Shown here: positions 46,735-59,150 of the stretch, one piece after another
How positions within the stretch are numbered: the first letter of the stretch is position 1
Layout of the letters: each line of letters starts with the position of its first letter
Source: Mustelus asterias
Taxonomy: Eukaryota
DNA length: 64,000 nucleotides
Direction of reading: 5' to 3'
NCBI RefSeq assembly: GCF_964213995.1
Contig: NC_135809.1
Location: 32,426,001 to 32,490,000 of the forward strand
Notes under the pieces: model-generated
Told to the model about the DNA's origin: nothing
What the model saw: the letters and a program-made list of their open reading frames with translations, nothing else
Database searches by the model: none
Translations under genes and position numbers: made by a program

Positions 46735-47032
46735 TGATGCGCGATATAACACACGAGAGGCTGGATGTACTCGGGAAATAAAGGCTTTTATTGCCAACAG
46801 TAACAGAGCTACCATATACAGTATACGATCCCAGACTAAAGGGTCACCAGGCAGAGCTGTGACCTTTATACCTCTCCCAGGAGGCGGAGCCGACTGGGGT
46901 GTACCATAAGGACTATATTAACAGGTAGAACAGCCCAACCCTAACCCCAACAGTAACATATCTACAGACTCATAGTACTGGCAAGACCATGGCTCAGCAC
47001 TACCTGGTGGGAACCAACAATGGTTCACCACA
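46735..47032 (-). repeat. 5' LTR
   Basis: TG...CA ends; TATAAA and AATAAA on the minus strand. Confidence 0.96.
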
Positions 47033-47858
47033 ACCAGCAGACGAACATCACCTTCCTCCGTGCCTGAGCACCAATGAATTGTAAAGATACATGTTTGCAT
47101 GTTAGAATGTGCTCATGAATTTGAACTGAAGTTTAATTACGTTGCTTAAAGGGCACAGTAATTAATAGGAACCCTTTACCGAATATCCATTCCCAACGAA
47201 GTATCAATTGATTTACTTGCATTCAAATGAGTTACTCTCCATGAATTCCACAGCAGAGTTCCCTGAGTGTGCTCAAACATTCAGGTGACTTCACATATAA
47301 CAAAGCTTGTGAGAAGCATATTTTTTTGTTTCAGGAAGCTTTTAAAAAAAAAACTCAAGTCATAACATGGTTCTAGTTTATTTTTAGTAAATTACTCAGT
47401 TTATGCTTTAGTAAATTGTTCGAATCCGCTTATAGTCATCCCAGAATTGCTTTTGCTCCATTTCTCAAATGGAATAAACATTCTCTTACACATCAGGGAA
47501 AAAAAGACACAAGCTTCTTTCTATTGTTTTCCATTGGAAAAGGGTAATAACTGAATATCATGTAGTGGCAATAATATGATGCAATTATACTGAAACAAAT
47601 GACAGCTACCATTTTACCCAATGACTTTTATCGACACTGCGACACACTCAGCTGTCATGGTACTCAATATCAGACAGAAGTGCCTGAAGCACTGAAGTTT
47701 GATTCTTCCTACTATTCTTACTCTATTTCAATTAGTGGCAAAATGATTTTGCCTTTTCTATTGATCTAATAGGTTGCTGTTAGACATTAGTTTGACAGTC
47801 CTGTGCTGCAGCTTGGCAATCTTTCTGTAAGGTTAACAAAGGAGGTGACGTTAGAGAG

Positions 47859-48138
47859 AATAGAAACATAGAAACATAGAAGATAGGAGCAGGAGGAGGC
47901 CATTTGACCCTTCGAGCCTGCTCTGCCATTCATTATGATCATGGCTGATCATCCAACTCAATAGCCTAATCCTGCTTTTTCCCCATAACCTTTGCTCCCA
48001 TTCACCCCAAGTGCTATATCCAGCCGCCTCTTGAATACATTCAATGTTTTGGCATCAGCTACTTCTTGTGGTAATGAATTCCACAGGCTCACCGCTCTTT
48101 GGGTGAACAAATATCTCCTCACCTCCGTTCTAAATGGT
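47859..48138 (-). mobile_element. CR1 3' fragment
   Basis: (ATAGAAAC)n tail; encodes a WNSLP-type terminal motif. Confidence 0.85.
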
Positions 48139-48238
48139 GCACTCAGCTATTCGGATGCACGAGGGATGGTGTGTATTGTATTATTCCATTTTATTTTACC
48201 TCCTCTCCAATTTAAATCACAATCATTTCTTTACTGCT

Positions 48239-48370
48239 TTGACAAAGGGTCAGCTGGACTCAAAATGTTAGCTCTTTTCTCTCCTTACAGATGGTGCCAG
48301 ACCTGCTGAGGTTTTCCAGCATTTTCTCTTTTGGTTTCGGATTCCAGCATCTGCAGTAATTTGCTTTTAC
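48239..48370 (+). mobile_element. Degenerate Penelope-type pLTR end (second family)
   Basis: TTGACAAAGGGTCAGCTGGACTCAAAATGTT is a decayed hammerhead; downstream sequence matches 9017-9136. Confidence 0.65.
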
Positions 48371-48679
48371 TTCTTTACTCTATTCCTGTTTCACGTGCTG
48401 CTACTGTAAAACAGTTCGGTTGACTTCTGATCAAACTTTCTGATCAAACATCACTGATGACTTTAGAATCCGAGGGCTCAATGGTGAACCTGTCAGTTTG
48501 GTCACCTGTCAGTGAGGAGGTTACCCACCTGACACTTTTATGTCACTTCCCATTGTGACCTGCAGGGTTCAATCAGTTAGGATCTATCGAGCCAAGTTTC
48601 ACTCTGGGACCTGACCTGTCCAGTGTTAACAGCAGCTGGACTTGTAACACAATGCAGGTCAAGTGTTACCTGAGCTAGA

Positions 48680-49425
48680 GATTGGCAGCCATGGCTGGAT
48701 CCCCATGGGTAGAAAGAGGGTAATCGATTACACCCACGTACCCATAGAATCACAGGCTGGACAGCCAGATGCATTCATTAATTGAAAAGGGATACCACTT
48801 GAAGGGCGGCACAGCACCAGGGACCTGGGTTCGATTCCTGGCTTGGGTCACTACCCTTGTGGAGTTTGCACGTTCTCCCCATGTCTGCATGGGTTTCCTC
48901 TGGGTGCTCCGATTTCCTCCCACAGTCCAAAGATGTGTGGGTTAGGTTGATTGACTATGCTAAATTGTCCTTTAGTGTCTCAGGATGGGTAGGTTAGAGG
49001 GATTAGCAAGATAAATATGTGGGGTTGTGGGATAGGGCCTGGGTGGGATTGTTGTCGGTGCAGATTTGATGGGCCAAATGGCCTCCTTCTGCACTGTAAG
49101 GATTCTATGACTCTTCTATGACACTTCATAAATTTTCAGATTATGTGAGACCACATTCAAAGAATAGTGCAAGTGTGTGCTTATTACCTGGCAAGTAGCC
49201 ATGACACACATGCATCCTCAGAAAGTCTCGGTTACCAAGGGCATTTACTAACCTGGAAGCTTTGGGTGGCAGGCTGCTTGGTGATAAAGGGCACTCATTA
49301 AATAAATGGCTGATGACTCCAGTAAGGAATCCATGGACGGATCCTGAGCAGAGATGTAATGATAGTCATGCAATGGCCAGAGTCACCATTGATCTGCTTA
49401 AGATGTGTGTCAGATTTCACTTGAC
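48680..49425 (+). pseudogene. Decayed PIF/Harbinger DDE transposase, split by a SINE
   Basis: Broken frames give IDYTHVPI..AFIN*KGYH, then DHIQRIVQVCAYY..SHD, then LLGDKGHSLNKWLMTPVRNP..NDSH, matching Harbinger/HARBI1 DDE motifs. Confidence 0.8.
48803..49120 (+). mobile_element. HE1-type SINE inserted in the Harbinger relic
   Basis: Core and tail present; flanked by a CACTT duplication. Confidence 0.88.
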
Positions 49426-50147
49426 AGCCTTTCAATTGTCAGAAATAACAAGCTGGGAAGCACATTATTTAATGGTCACTTACCTTTTCCGGTCACATCG
49501 CTGTCATCACTCATTATGAAATGCCGTAGACCGAACTATATGATGTACGATATAGCTATAGTCTACAGCATTTCATAATAAACTGTAAAGAGGGCAAAAC
49601 CTTTATTCCTTTATCTTTAAGGTCTCCCAACCACCAACTTATGGTTCATGGACCAGATTATGTTTCCAGATGGAGGCAGGAATTGAAATGCAAAACACTC
49701 CACTTAGTTTTCTTCCCCTCTGTCACCTTGACTCTGTGCTATTTTTGTGTCGCTATTTGGAAAGGCCAGTTGTGGAAAATGCTCACACACACCTCTCCCA
49801 AGGTTGGGGTCCCTATTCTGAGCATCGCAGGAAAATTGTATTTCCTCCTGCACTTTGATATGGTTTTGGAAGTCCTAAAAACACGCATCTCCTTGGAGAG
49901 TTCCTGATCACTACGGGAGACCTGCTAAGGAGTTGAAAACATTTTGATAGTTAAGTGTGAAATGTTTTGACACCTTCCAAAGTTACTATTAGATGCTGTA
50001 TTGTAATGTGGACGTGTTTTGTTTCTGTGCAGTGATTCTTCATGGGGATCTCTCCTGTAAGTTTACCCTTACATTGACCAGTATTTTGTAACTGGTGTCA
50101 TGTGTTACATAGGGACATAGGAGCAACATAAGGCCATTCAGCCTTTT

Positions 50148-50476
50148 CACAGAATCTTAACAGTGCAGAAGGAGCCTAAGCAACCCATCAAGTCTGCACT
50201 GACTCCCCAACAGCACATCTTACTGAGGCCCTATTCCCGTAACCTCACTAATTTACCTCACTAATTCCACTACCTACACACTTTGGGACACTTAGGAACA
50301 ATTGAACATGGCCAGTCAACCTCACCTGCGGGAGGAAACGGGAGCACCCGGAGTAAACCCACGAGGACACGGGGAGAATGTGCAAACTCCAAACAGACAG
50401 TCACCCAAGGCTGGAATTGAACCCAGGTCCCTGGCACTGTGAGGCAGCAGCGCTAACCATTGTGCTATCATGCCAC
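50148..50476 (-). mobile_element. HE1-type SINE (diverged)
   Basis: Head, core and tail recognisable. Confidence 0.85.
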
Positions 50477-51977
50477 CTGTGCTTTGCCATTTGATAAATC
50501 TGGCTGGAGTCTCAACTCTACTTTATAATTACAGAATTTTTCCAATTGTCAAAAGTGCCATTATGCATTAGAAATGTAAAGGAAAGACCTGCCCAGCTCT
50601 ACTGTAATGATTTGTCCCATAATTTAAATCAACTGACAGCTCGGGCTGTTAGAAATAATCTTGCTTTTGAAAGTTGAAAAAAAACTAAACTTGCTCCTCT
50701 CCATTATTGACAGGCATTCTTCGTGGAAATGGAAATTTGATGTCATGTGTTATCAGTTTCAGATAATGTAGCTTTAAGCTTTTGTTATGAAAGCTTCAGC
50801 CATTATGAATTCTTGGTTGGGTTTCAAAAGCTTATAATTGCTTTCTCACAGTAGGCCCATTGATCCAAGATTGATTTACACTTTTAAGTGGCTATAGTAA
50901 CAGAATATGCCTTTGATGTGGTTTCCTGTGTATTTAGAAACCTAATAAGCAATTAAAGGGTTACAATTTTCTGACACACTGGAATAAGTTTTTTTTTCTT
51001 GTCTCAATGACAGGTGCATTTAAATTCAGGGTTTTATTAAGTTGTTAAGGGTTTTTTAAATAATAATTTAAAAATAATTTGTATTGGAACTACATAGCAC
51101 CTGGACATATTGGATACAGTATGTATGACTGTGGAGAACACTTGGGGGGAGGGCCATAGCATGCGGGATCTGAAGGGGAATGGGGTATGGGTGGGCAAGG
51201 TGAGGTTTCAGGGGCTTTTAAATGGTGTTGTGAGCTAGGTTGCTGTGATGGAGAATTAAGGTGGGCCTTCTAACTAGCACACCTCTAAACCCACACTCCT
51301 CAAGGATTCCATCATGGCTTGCAAAATGCACTGCAAATGCAACCCTGTGTGAAAAGACAAAAATCCTGAGGAAAGTCACACATGGGTTGGAATGTGCAAA
51401 AGTTCACAGATTGGATTTTCCCTAAGCCCACATCTCCACAGTGCAGCATGGCCACTTCCATGAGAGTTTCAGAGGTTCTGAAATGCCAACAACAATTTCT
51501 GGATAGTAGCGTATGGGATTCCCACCGCGTGTCCCCTTTCATGCATCATCGAAAATAGTCGGCGCAGAAACGGTAGCAGAGCTTCCAGATCCGTTCTCCA
51601 GCTGACATGCTTTTCTCCTGTCCATCTTGATGTGGTCCCGAATCACAAAATCCAGCCACAGGCCTTTCTGTGGGAATGTCCTCCCCCTATACCCAGTAAA
51701 ATTAATAGCTTGATATTCCAGAGGGAAAATGAAAGCAAAGGTGTGAAGTGAGTTTCAAGCTTCCACCCATTTCACTTGTGTGACAGAAAGCATCTCCTTC
51801 AATATATAAATATTTTTAAACTTCTAATTCTTTATTTGTTTTTACCCTTATTTTTTTTTCTATCAATATTTTCTCACATATATTTTTCACTTTGCATTTT
51901 CTCTCATTATTCTCCCCTGGTCTTCAGTTTTTTTTCCCCTATGACATGTTCCCTGTCAAGTAGTTGAACTTTCATTT

Positions 51978-52185
51978 TCTCAGCAGGTCTGACAGCATCT
52001 GTGGGGAGAGAATAGAGCCAATGTTTCGAGTTTAGATGACCCTTCATCTGATCCTTTGTCAGAGTCTCTACACTCAAAACATTGGCTCTATTCTCTCCCC
52101 ACAGATGCTGTCAGACCTGCTGACATTTTCCAGCATTTTCTGTTTTTGTTTCAGATTCCAGCATCCACAGTATTTTGCTTTTATC
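51978..52185. mobile_element. Miniature inverted Penelope-type pLTR pair (second family)
   Basis: Arms about 51980-52035 and 52068-52123 are reverse complements; minus arm has hammerhead-like CAGAUGAAGGGUCAUCUAAACUCGAAACAUU. Confidence 0.75.
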
Positions 52186-52359
52186 TTACTGTATAATAGT
52201 TTTGTGGTTTAGCCTAGGGTCATTCTGGGCCTGACTCTCAAATTCATGTAACCTCTAATTGTGTTTATTAAGAGATCACTCAATATTGCAATCAGATTTT
52301 TAATGCAACAAGAAAAAAAGTAATTTTCCTGACCGGCCCCATTCATCTCTGGTGGGAAT

Positions 52360-52745
52360 CCTGACCCATCACGTAAACCAGCTCCCATCTATTGAATCTA
52401 TCTACACTTCCCGTTATCGCGGAAAAGCAGCCAGCATAATTAAGGACCCCACACACCCTGGACACCTTCCACCTTCTTCCATTGGGAAAAAGATACAAAA
52501 GTCTGAGGTCATGTACCAACCCACCCAAGAACAGCTTCTGCCCTGCTGCCATCAATCAGATAATGGATCTACCTTGCATTAAGTTGATCTTTCTCTACAC
52601 CGTGACTATGACTGTAACACTACATTCTGCACTCTCTCGTTTCTTTCTCTATGAACGGTATGCTTTGTCTGTATAGCGCACAAGAAATAATACTTTTCAC
52701 TGTATACTAGTACATATGACAATAATAAATCAAATCAAAATCGAA
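52360..52745 (+). mobile_element. Rex1/Babar-type LINE 3' fragment
   Basis: Encodes LPSIESIYTSRYRGKAASIIKDPTHPGH; homologous to 6000-6375; (AATCA)n end. Confidence 0.8.
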
Positions 52746-53795
52746 ATGGTCTGCTGAATGGAGGGGCTATATTGGGATTCTTGCTGGGTGGCGAACATAT
52801 CACCTATAACCCAGCCAGCTCCATCATCCCTGACCAGGTCCCCACCCAAAGCAGCTATTCGAAAGCTGTAATTTGAATGTAAATAGCAGACTTGAAGCCT
52901 AATTCAAAGCCCACCCGCCATTCACCTACCTCCCCAGCAGGATCTGCACTGGCTGTGCTTTGGTGCTAGTCGTGAGCATTATGGACCTGGTGCATAAGAA
53001 CTTGGATCCAAAATGGATGAATCTCCCCTTTCTATTTGCAGTGTTTAAAGTTTTTTTTAATAATTCCCCTCCACTTAAACCAGCTTCTCTGCTCCACCAA
53101 ACCTCCAACAACTCCCTCTGACTGGCAATCCCTGTCCAGCTCCCTCATCAAGCCCCTCCCTCACCAACACCATGAAAGGTTATTTTATACACAGCAATAT
53201 CAGTCACTGAGAAAATATAGTGGATGTTAAACAATCGCTTGGAGTGCTTATCAGGGACAATATAGCAGAGCACCACATATTGGTGTTGACTGAGAACCAT
53301 GACAGGTAAATCATCAAAATAACATTGAAACTCCTACTGGAGCTCCGACTGGAACAGCCACATCTGGACATGGGCATAAGAGCCGTGTTCAGTCGTGTTT
53401 ATAGAGCCGTTTCACTGAATGCTCAACATCTGCATAAGAATTTTAATGTTAACATTTATGACTGACCATAATTTTGTAGATTTAAATTAAGTTGGATTTT
53501 GCAGATGAGGTAATTTGTGTTTGCAATTTTCCCTCTTAAAGCATTACACTTGGTGGTGAATTGTATTGCTCATATTGTTGTATAATTAATTTGAATGTGT
53601 ACTTGTTGGGATAGATTCTCAAATTGCTGTTTGGACAATCTGGCTTTCCAGATCTGCTTTCTCATTATGGAAGCCCAGCCCTGGGGCCCCATGTCCGCTT
53701 TGATGATAATGAAAATAGGACAGTTTCTAAAAAGCAGTGGAGGCGCGGGGACAGCTGCCAAGATTGATGTTCATGGGCAACACATTGAAACCTTC

Positions 53796-54335
53796 TGGGT
53801 AAAATTTTACTAAAAAATGGCAGAGTGTTGGTTCCAGTGAGAAAAACAGTGTGTTTCTCTCCAGATCAAAGCAAAAATTTTCCTCCCCCCGCACTTCACC
53901 ACAGAGTTCCCAAGGATCAGAGATGGTATTCAACCCTCCCCACCCCAGATTGGAGCCAGCGTTAACCCCGGTTGGCACTGGCAATCACCCCCACATCCCC
54001 CTAATTAGAGCTGACATTCACCCCTCCCAGCACCCTCCCCAACAATCAGTGCTGGCAACACACTTCTTCCCCCCCCCCGAACATTGGACCCCTTTCTGGG
54101 GCTTAATATCTGGCAAGGGGAGGGGTTTTTAATATCATGGTAATGTAGTGTAATGCATGTAAATCATGTTCAAACCCATTCTGGGCATGAACCTGATGAC
54201 ATCGCTGGTGAGGGGCAGCGAAAATCTGAAGTTGTGATCTCGCCAGCGCGATTTACAACTTCCAAGTTTCGCCGTACATTGAGCCCCCGCTGACATTCCC
54301 GCAGATGGCAAACGTGGGCTCCAAGATCCTGCCCA
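53796..54335. repeat. GC-rich DNA-transposon-like repeat, family of 38284
   Basis: GGGTAAAATTTTACTAAAAAATGGCAGAGTGTTGGTTCC matches 38285 onward; ends AAGATCCTGCCC. Confidence 0.55.
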
Positions 54336-54839
54336 CTGAGTTTGCAAGCCAATTTCTGCACAAGTGCCCACAGTACAGGGAATGAAACTTGCCAAGTAGT
54401 GCAGTATTGTGATATCTGGGTAGTGCAGGCTTAGAAAGGCTCAAGTAACCGACACTGCAAATGCAAAGCAAACTGACTGCATCAATGAAAGGCAAACAAT
54501 GTGAAAGGTATTAGACAAGCCTTGAGGGGAATGGACTGGATTAGAAACGTCTGACAGGAATACAGAATAATACAAATAGAGATGAGCGATAAGTTAAAAG
54601 GATAGGAAAGAAAAAAACGTAAATGAAGAAAGTATAAAATTTCAGCTTTCCCCACGGGGAGAATTTTTGGAAACCGATGCAAGTTCAGAGCCCATCTTAG
54701 ATGCATTTTTAAAGTATGAATAAGTAATAAAAGGTGGTTATTAATCTTGTTACAGTCAGTACAAAGCAAAGCTAAGTCGTTTGCAAGGTATTAACCATCT
54801 GGCCTTCTGCGCCGTTTTTTGGGAAACTTGAGGAAAATT

Positions 54840-54996
54840 CCAAAGATATGCGGGTTAAATTGTCCCTTGGTGTCAGGGAGATTTGCAGAGTAAATACGTG
54901 CGGATATGGGGATAGGGCCTGGGTGGGATTGTTGTCGGTGCAGGCTCGATGGGCCAAATGGCCTCCTTCTGTACCGTAGGGATTCTATGATTCTAT
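54840..54996 (+). mobile_element. HE1-type SINE 3' half
   Basis: CCAAAGATATGCGGGTTA...GATTCTATGATTCTAT. Confidence 0.85.
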
Positions 54997-55172
54997 TTTT
55001 CGAAATGCAAAATGAAAGTATATGGTGTTTATAGGCTCCTGATATCTACTCGACACATCCCCAATTTATGAAATGTTTATTAGAATGGGTGGGTTGGTTT
55101 GCTAATCTGGTGCAGCAATTTGATTTATTTCATATAAGCCTTAACAAGTGGGTGATGTGGTGCCGCAGTGAG

Positions 55173-55517
55173 TGCCATAGTGGCACAGTGATTAGCACAG
55201 CTGCCTCACAGCTCCAGGGACCTGGGTTCAATTCTGGCCTTGGGTGATTGTTTGTGTGGAGTTTGCACATTCTTCCTGTTTCCTCCGGGTGCTCCGGTTT
55301 CCTCCCACAATCCAAAGATGTGCAGGTTAGGTGGAGTGGTCATGCTAAATTGACCCTTAGTGTCCAAAGATGTGTAGGTTAGATGGATTAGCAGAGTAAA
55401 TACATGAGGTTACAGGGATAGGGTGGGGCAGAGGTCGTGGGTAAGATACTCTGTCAGAGAGTCGGTGCAGATTCGATGGGCTGAACAGCCTCTTCTGCAC
55501 TGTAGGGATTCTATGAA
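55173..55517 (+). mobile_element. HE1-type SINE
   Basis: Head, core and tail. Confidence 0.9.
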
Positions 55518-56024
55518 GTATACATGTGGGTGAGTCTTCCATGGTATTGCTCATGGTAAATTGGGATATATGTTATATCAAATGTAACCTATTGAAGCCA
55601 CCAGGTAAAATGTCAGACTGATACAGGTCAACTTGGAGATAATTGTTCATGTGTAAATCCTCAGGTCAATGAGAAGTCAATAGTGGCATGTTTCATGTAT
55701 TTGTTTGATCAAGGAATCAACTCGAATGTATTTTCTCATTAGTCAGGAAGGTTCTTGCTCCCTTGGAAACAGTTGACTGTTGTCCTAATTTTTAACTGCA
55801 ATGCAAAAACATTTGCATGTGACAATTGAAGTGTACAACTCAAATCTTAAATTTTATCTCAGCAAATGTCTCAATCAGTCCTACAGTCCGGAGCATTCCT
55901 GCTCTGTTGAACTGCTAGTCAGTTGCTTTATGTTATTCAGACCTTGCATTAGATATTCTCACAGGTTCAGCATCATTGTCACTCCCACAAATGGATCTCC
56001 TTCTGCACTGTAGGGATTCTATAT

Positions 56025-56250
56025 TTATTCATTCATGGGACATGGGTATCATTGGCTGGCCAGCATTTATTGTCCATCCCTGAGGGCAGTTGACAGTCAA
56101 CCACATTGCTGTGGCTCTGGAGTCACATGTAGGCCAGACCAGGTAAGAATAGCAGATTTCCTTCCCTAAAGTACATTCGTGAACCAGATGGTTTTTCCGA
56201 TAATGGTTTAATGGTCATCAGGAGATTCTTAATTCCAGATATTTTTTATT
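56025..56250 (-). mobile_element. SacSINE1-like Deu-SINE, 5'-truncated, with an empty Penelope target site
   Basis: Homologous to 6388-6782; reads GCCAGCATTTATTGTCCATCCC uninterrupted. Confidence 0.78.
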
Positions 56251-56432
56251 TGGCTGAGTTCGCTGGATTGCTGGTTAGTGACGTAGAGTGACACCAACAG
56301 TATGGGTTCAATTCCTGTACCGACTGAGGTTATCCATGAAGGCGTGCCTTTTCAACCTTGCCCCTCACCTGAGGTGTGGTCATCCTCAGGTTAAATCACC
56401 ACCAGTCAGCTCTGCCCTTTGAGGCTATGGTC
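56250..56432 (+). mobile_element. Further tRNA-derived SINE fragment
   Basis: B-box GGTTCAATTCC; internal hairpin CCTGAGG...CCTCAGG. Confidence 0.5.
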
Positions 56433-56735
56433 ATGAGCTTATGCTCATCTGAGAAAATGGCAACTTTATATTTTTTTGACCTCACTCACTTTCTGAACAC
56501 GGCACTTTAGTAAAACCCCTCCGGGTGATTTATCTGAATGTTGGTGATCATTCCTTTGATCCTGTCCAGTGGCTTCCTGACTGCTGATCTGTTGCTGCCT
56601 CCCATCCATGTCAGGTAGGCAACTGATTGACGCGTGCAAATGGGGTGCATGAATTAAAATCATCAGGCTTCACTATGTCTATAAATTGAAAGAGTCAGGA
56701 TACAAATAAATGTATAAAAACTTGTCTAAAAATCT

Positions 56736-57345
56736 TGGGGCAATTTTCCCAGTCCGTTGCGCTGCTCTCAAACGGGCTGGAAGACATCAACGGAGGCTGT
56801 TTCGTGGGCTTCCCACTGATCGCTATGGCCTCCACACGTTTCCAAGACCAAGATTTTCAGACTAATCAGCTCCACACCTGAAATCAGCGATTGGGAGGCC
56901 GGCAATATGGGGCTGTTGCGCATGAGCTACTTTTGGCGCTGACAGATCAGCACATGCGCCGTGGCCCTCTCAGGACTATGCTGCCAGCATCTCCAGTGGG
57001 AATAGGCCCTGCCCACTGATTTTCAGCAGGAATCCCACTAGGGCACTCCGTGATGCATAGAGTGGCGGAGATCCAATCTGAAAATCCCGCTGAAAAAATT
57101 CAACGGGAGTTAGTCTCGTTTTCACGCCAATTGGGGACTTAGAATCTTAGAACATAGAACATAGAACAGTACAGCACAGAACAGGCCCTTCGGCCCACGA
57201 TGTTGTGCCGAGCTTTATCTGAAACCAAGATCAAGCTATCCCACTCCCTATCATCCTGGTGTGCTCCATGTGCCTATCCAATAACCGCTTAAATGTTCCT
57301 AAAGTTCCTAAAGAGCAGGAATCTTTTTGGAGGAATCCCTGCCCT
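56736..57345. repeat. GC-rich DNA-transposon-like repeat (family of 29347) interrupted by a short CR1 tail
   Basis: GGGGCAATTTTCCC...GGAATCCCTGCCC ends; interior similar to 30120-30340. Confidence 0.55.
57149..57318 (-). mobile_element. Very short CR1 3' end insertion
   Basis: (AGAACAT)n tail and CAGGCCCTTCGGCCCACGATGTTG as at 16834-16900; GAATCTT duplicated on both sides. Confidence 0.85.
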
Positions 57346-57399
57346 TGACTTTCTAGAGATTGGAGAATTTCCAGATACAATCTCCAACATCACAACATT

Positions 57400-57670
57400 A
57401 TTGGCAAACAAACCAGAAATTACACGAGGAAATGTATTTTCCGTGTGATAAGTGGTTAGGATCTGAAATGCTTTACCTGGAAATGTGGTGGTGGCAGATT
57501 CAATTGTGCCTTTGAAAAGGGACTTGGGTGATTATCTGAAGAGAAATATTTGCAGGGCTATGGGGGAAATGTGGGAGAATGGATCCAACTGAGTTGTTCT
57601 TACACAGCAGGCATGAACGCAGCGGGCATAATGATCTCCTTTTATGCTGTAACCATTCTATGATTCTATA
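57400..57670 (+). mobile_element. Old CR1 3' fragment
   Basis: Diverged terminal coding motifs and CATTCTATGATTCTAT tail. Confidence 0.7.
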
Positions 57671-58877
57671 TCCTGTTCAAGCTTTGAAAAGCTGAGAATT
57701 GAAGCCTTCTCACCATAACTGATCATCGGAACCCAGAGCATTAATTCCAAGAAAAATTCTATAATACTCCTAAATCAAATTTCAGCTGTTTGAAACATCT
57801 CAATGATGACCCCAGGCCTGTTTCGATTGCATTATACATCTTCATTGAGGAGCTGGTTAAAAATAACAGCTCCATCTCACGACGTCAGTAAATCAATTTT
57901 CACTGTTGATAGAATAGTCAATGCAAATTTTCAGAGGTCTGAAGGTCCATGGGAACATTGGTAACATTTGACCGCAATAAAACACGTGGGAATAGCGAGA
58001 CCCCAAGATTCCGCAGGTTCACGAGTTCATCTGCAATTCCGCTAGTGTGGAATTGTCTCATTCCAATATACAAAATGCAATTGTTGTACTTTATTTTGTC
58101 TGACATCAATATCAATTGACATGAAAAACGGTTGCTTAGCAAAATTATTGAACTCTTTCTGTCATGCATTTTCTTGTGAGAGGCTCATGACTAAAAGATA
58201 TGGGACAAGCTCGGTAGACAAGATCTAAAGCAGCCTGAAGGGGGGTTTATTTGTGATTCGAATCAAGTAGAAACCTTTTTCCAGAGAAATATTCTGCAGG
58301 CCTAATTTTAACTGTGCAAATGTAACTTAGTATTTTTTAAGTTTCTTTCCCTTTTACAAATAAATGTCTTAATTTACTATTCAAGATCCCCAAAGGTGTT
58401 ATTGGAATTTGTGATTCCTGGCTTCAGCATATATATGTCTTCTTGTCATAAAATGCAATTTGAAAATAGCTTGCCAAGATTCCCTTTGGGATTTGGTTAA
58501 TGTGGCCACCTGCCATATCATGAGACTGAGGTGCATCATGGAAAAGAGGATTCACCCACCATTCCAAACAATGTGTTCCTCCAGGTTCCGATGGCTGAAG
58601 GCCTCTTATCTTCTCCGCAGCTGTCCATGATGTGAGCCCTAAAGTTAAGTCCCAACTATTGCACGCTACATTGGTCCAGACGTGATCTGGACCAACGTGT
58701 TTTCCTGCTGCTGTTACAGAGAACCTGGAGTGGGGGCAAGATTCCGGTTGGGCCTTCATGTGCATCCGATCAGCAGGATCCAAATCACTTTCATACTGGC
58801 CTCCAACGGGTTTCCCAATCTGCTATGGTGGGCACCATTGAACTCCTGCTGAATTCGCCCCCCCACCCGCCCGCCAT

Positions 58878-59150
58878 TGATTTGATATATTATTGTCGCA
58901 TGTATTTGTATACCGTGAAAAGTATTGTTTCTTGTGCTATACAGACAAAGCATATCATTCATAGATAAGGAAAGGAGAGGGTGCAGAATGTAATGTCACA
59001 GTCATAGCTAGGGTGTAGAGAAAGATCAACTTAATATGAGGTAGGTCCATTCAAATGTCTGACAGCAGCAGGGAAGAAGCTGTTCTTGAGTCAGTTGGTA
59101 CGTGGCTTCAGACGTTCGTATCTTTTTCCCAACGGAAGAAAGTGGAAGAG
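58878..59150 (-). mobile_element. Rex1/Babar-type LINE 3' fragment
   Basis: Reverse complement of 6100-6370 and 52470-52740. Confidence 0.8.

Larger units (their letters stand above)
42345..47032 (-). mobile_element. Full-length Gypsy LTR retrotransposon (Mag-like), coding-defective
   Basis: 298-bp LTRs (7 differences by my count); 5-bp TSD ACCAG (42340-42344 / 47033-47037); PPT AAAGGAGGGGTGAA; gag-PR-RT-RH-IN order. Confidence 0.97.

Noticed and set aside
42585-46909. Antisense and alternate-frame ORFs over Gypsy, CR1 and Penelope coding regions
   Set aside because: Shadow ORFs with no independent motifs
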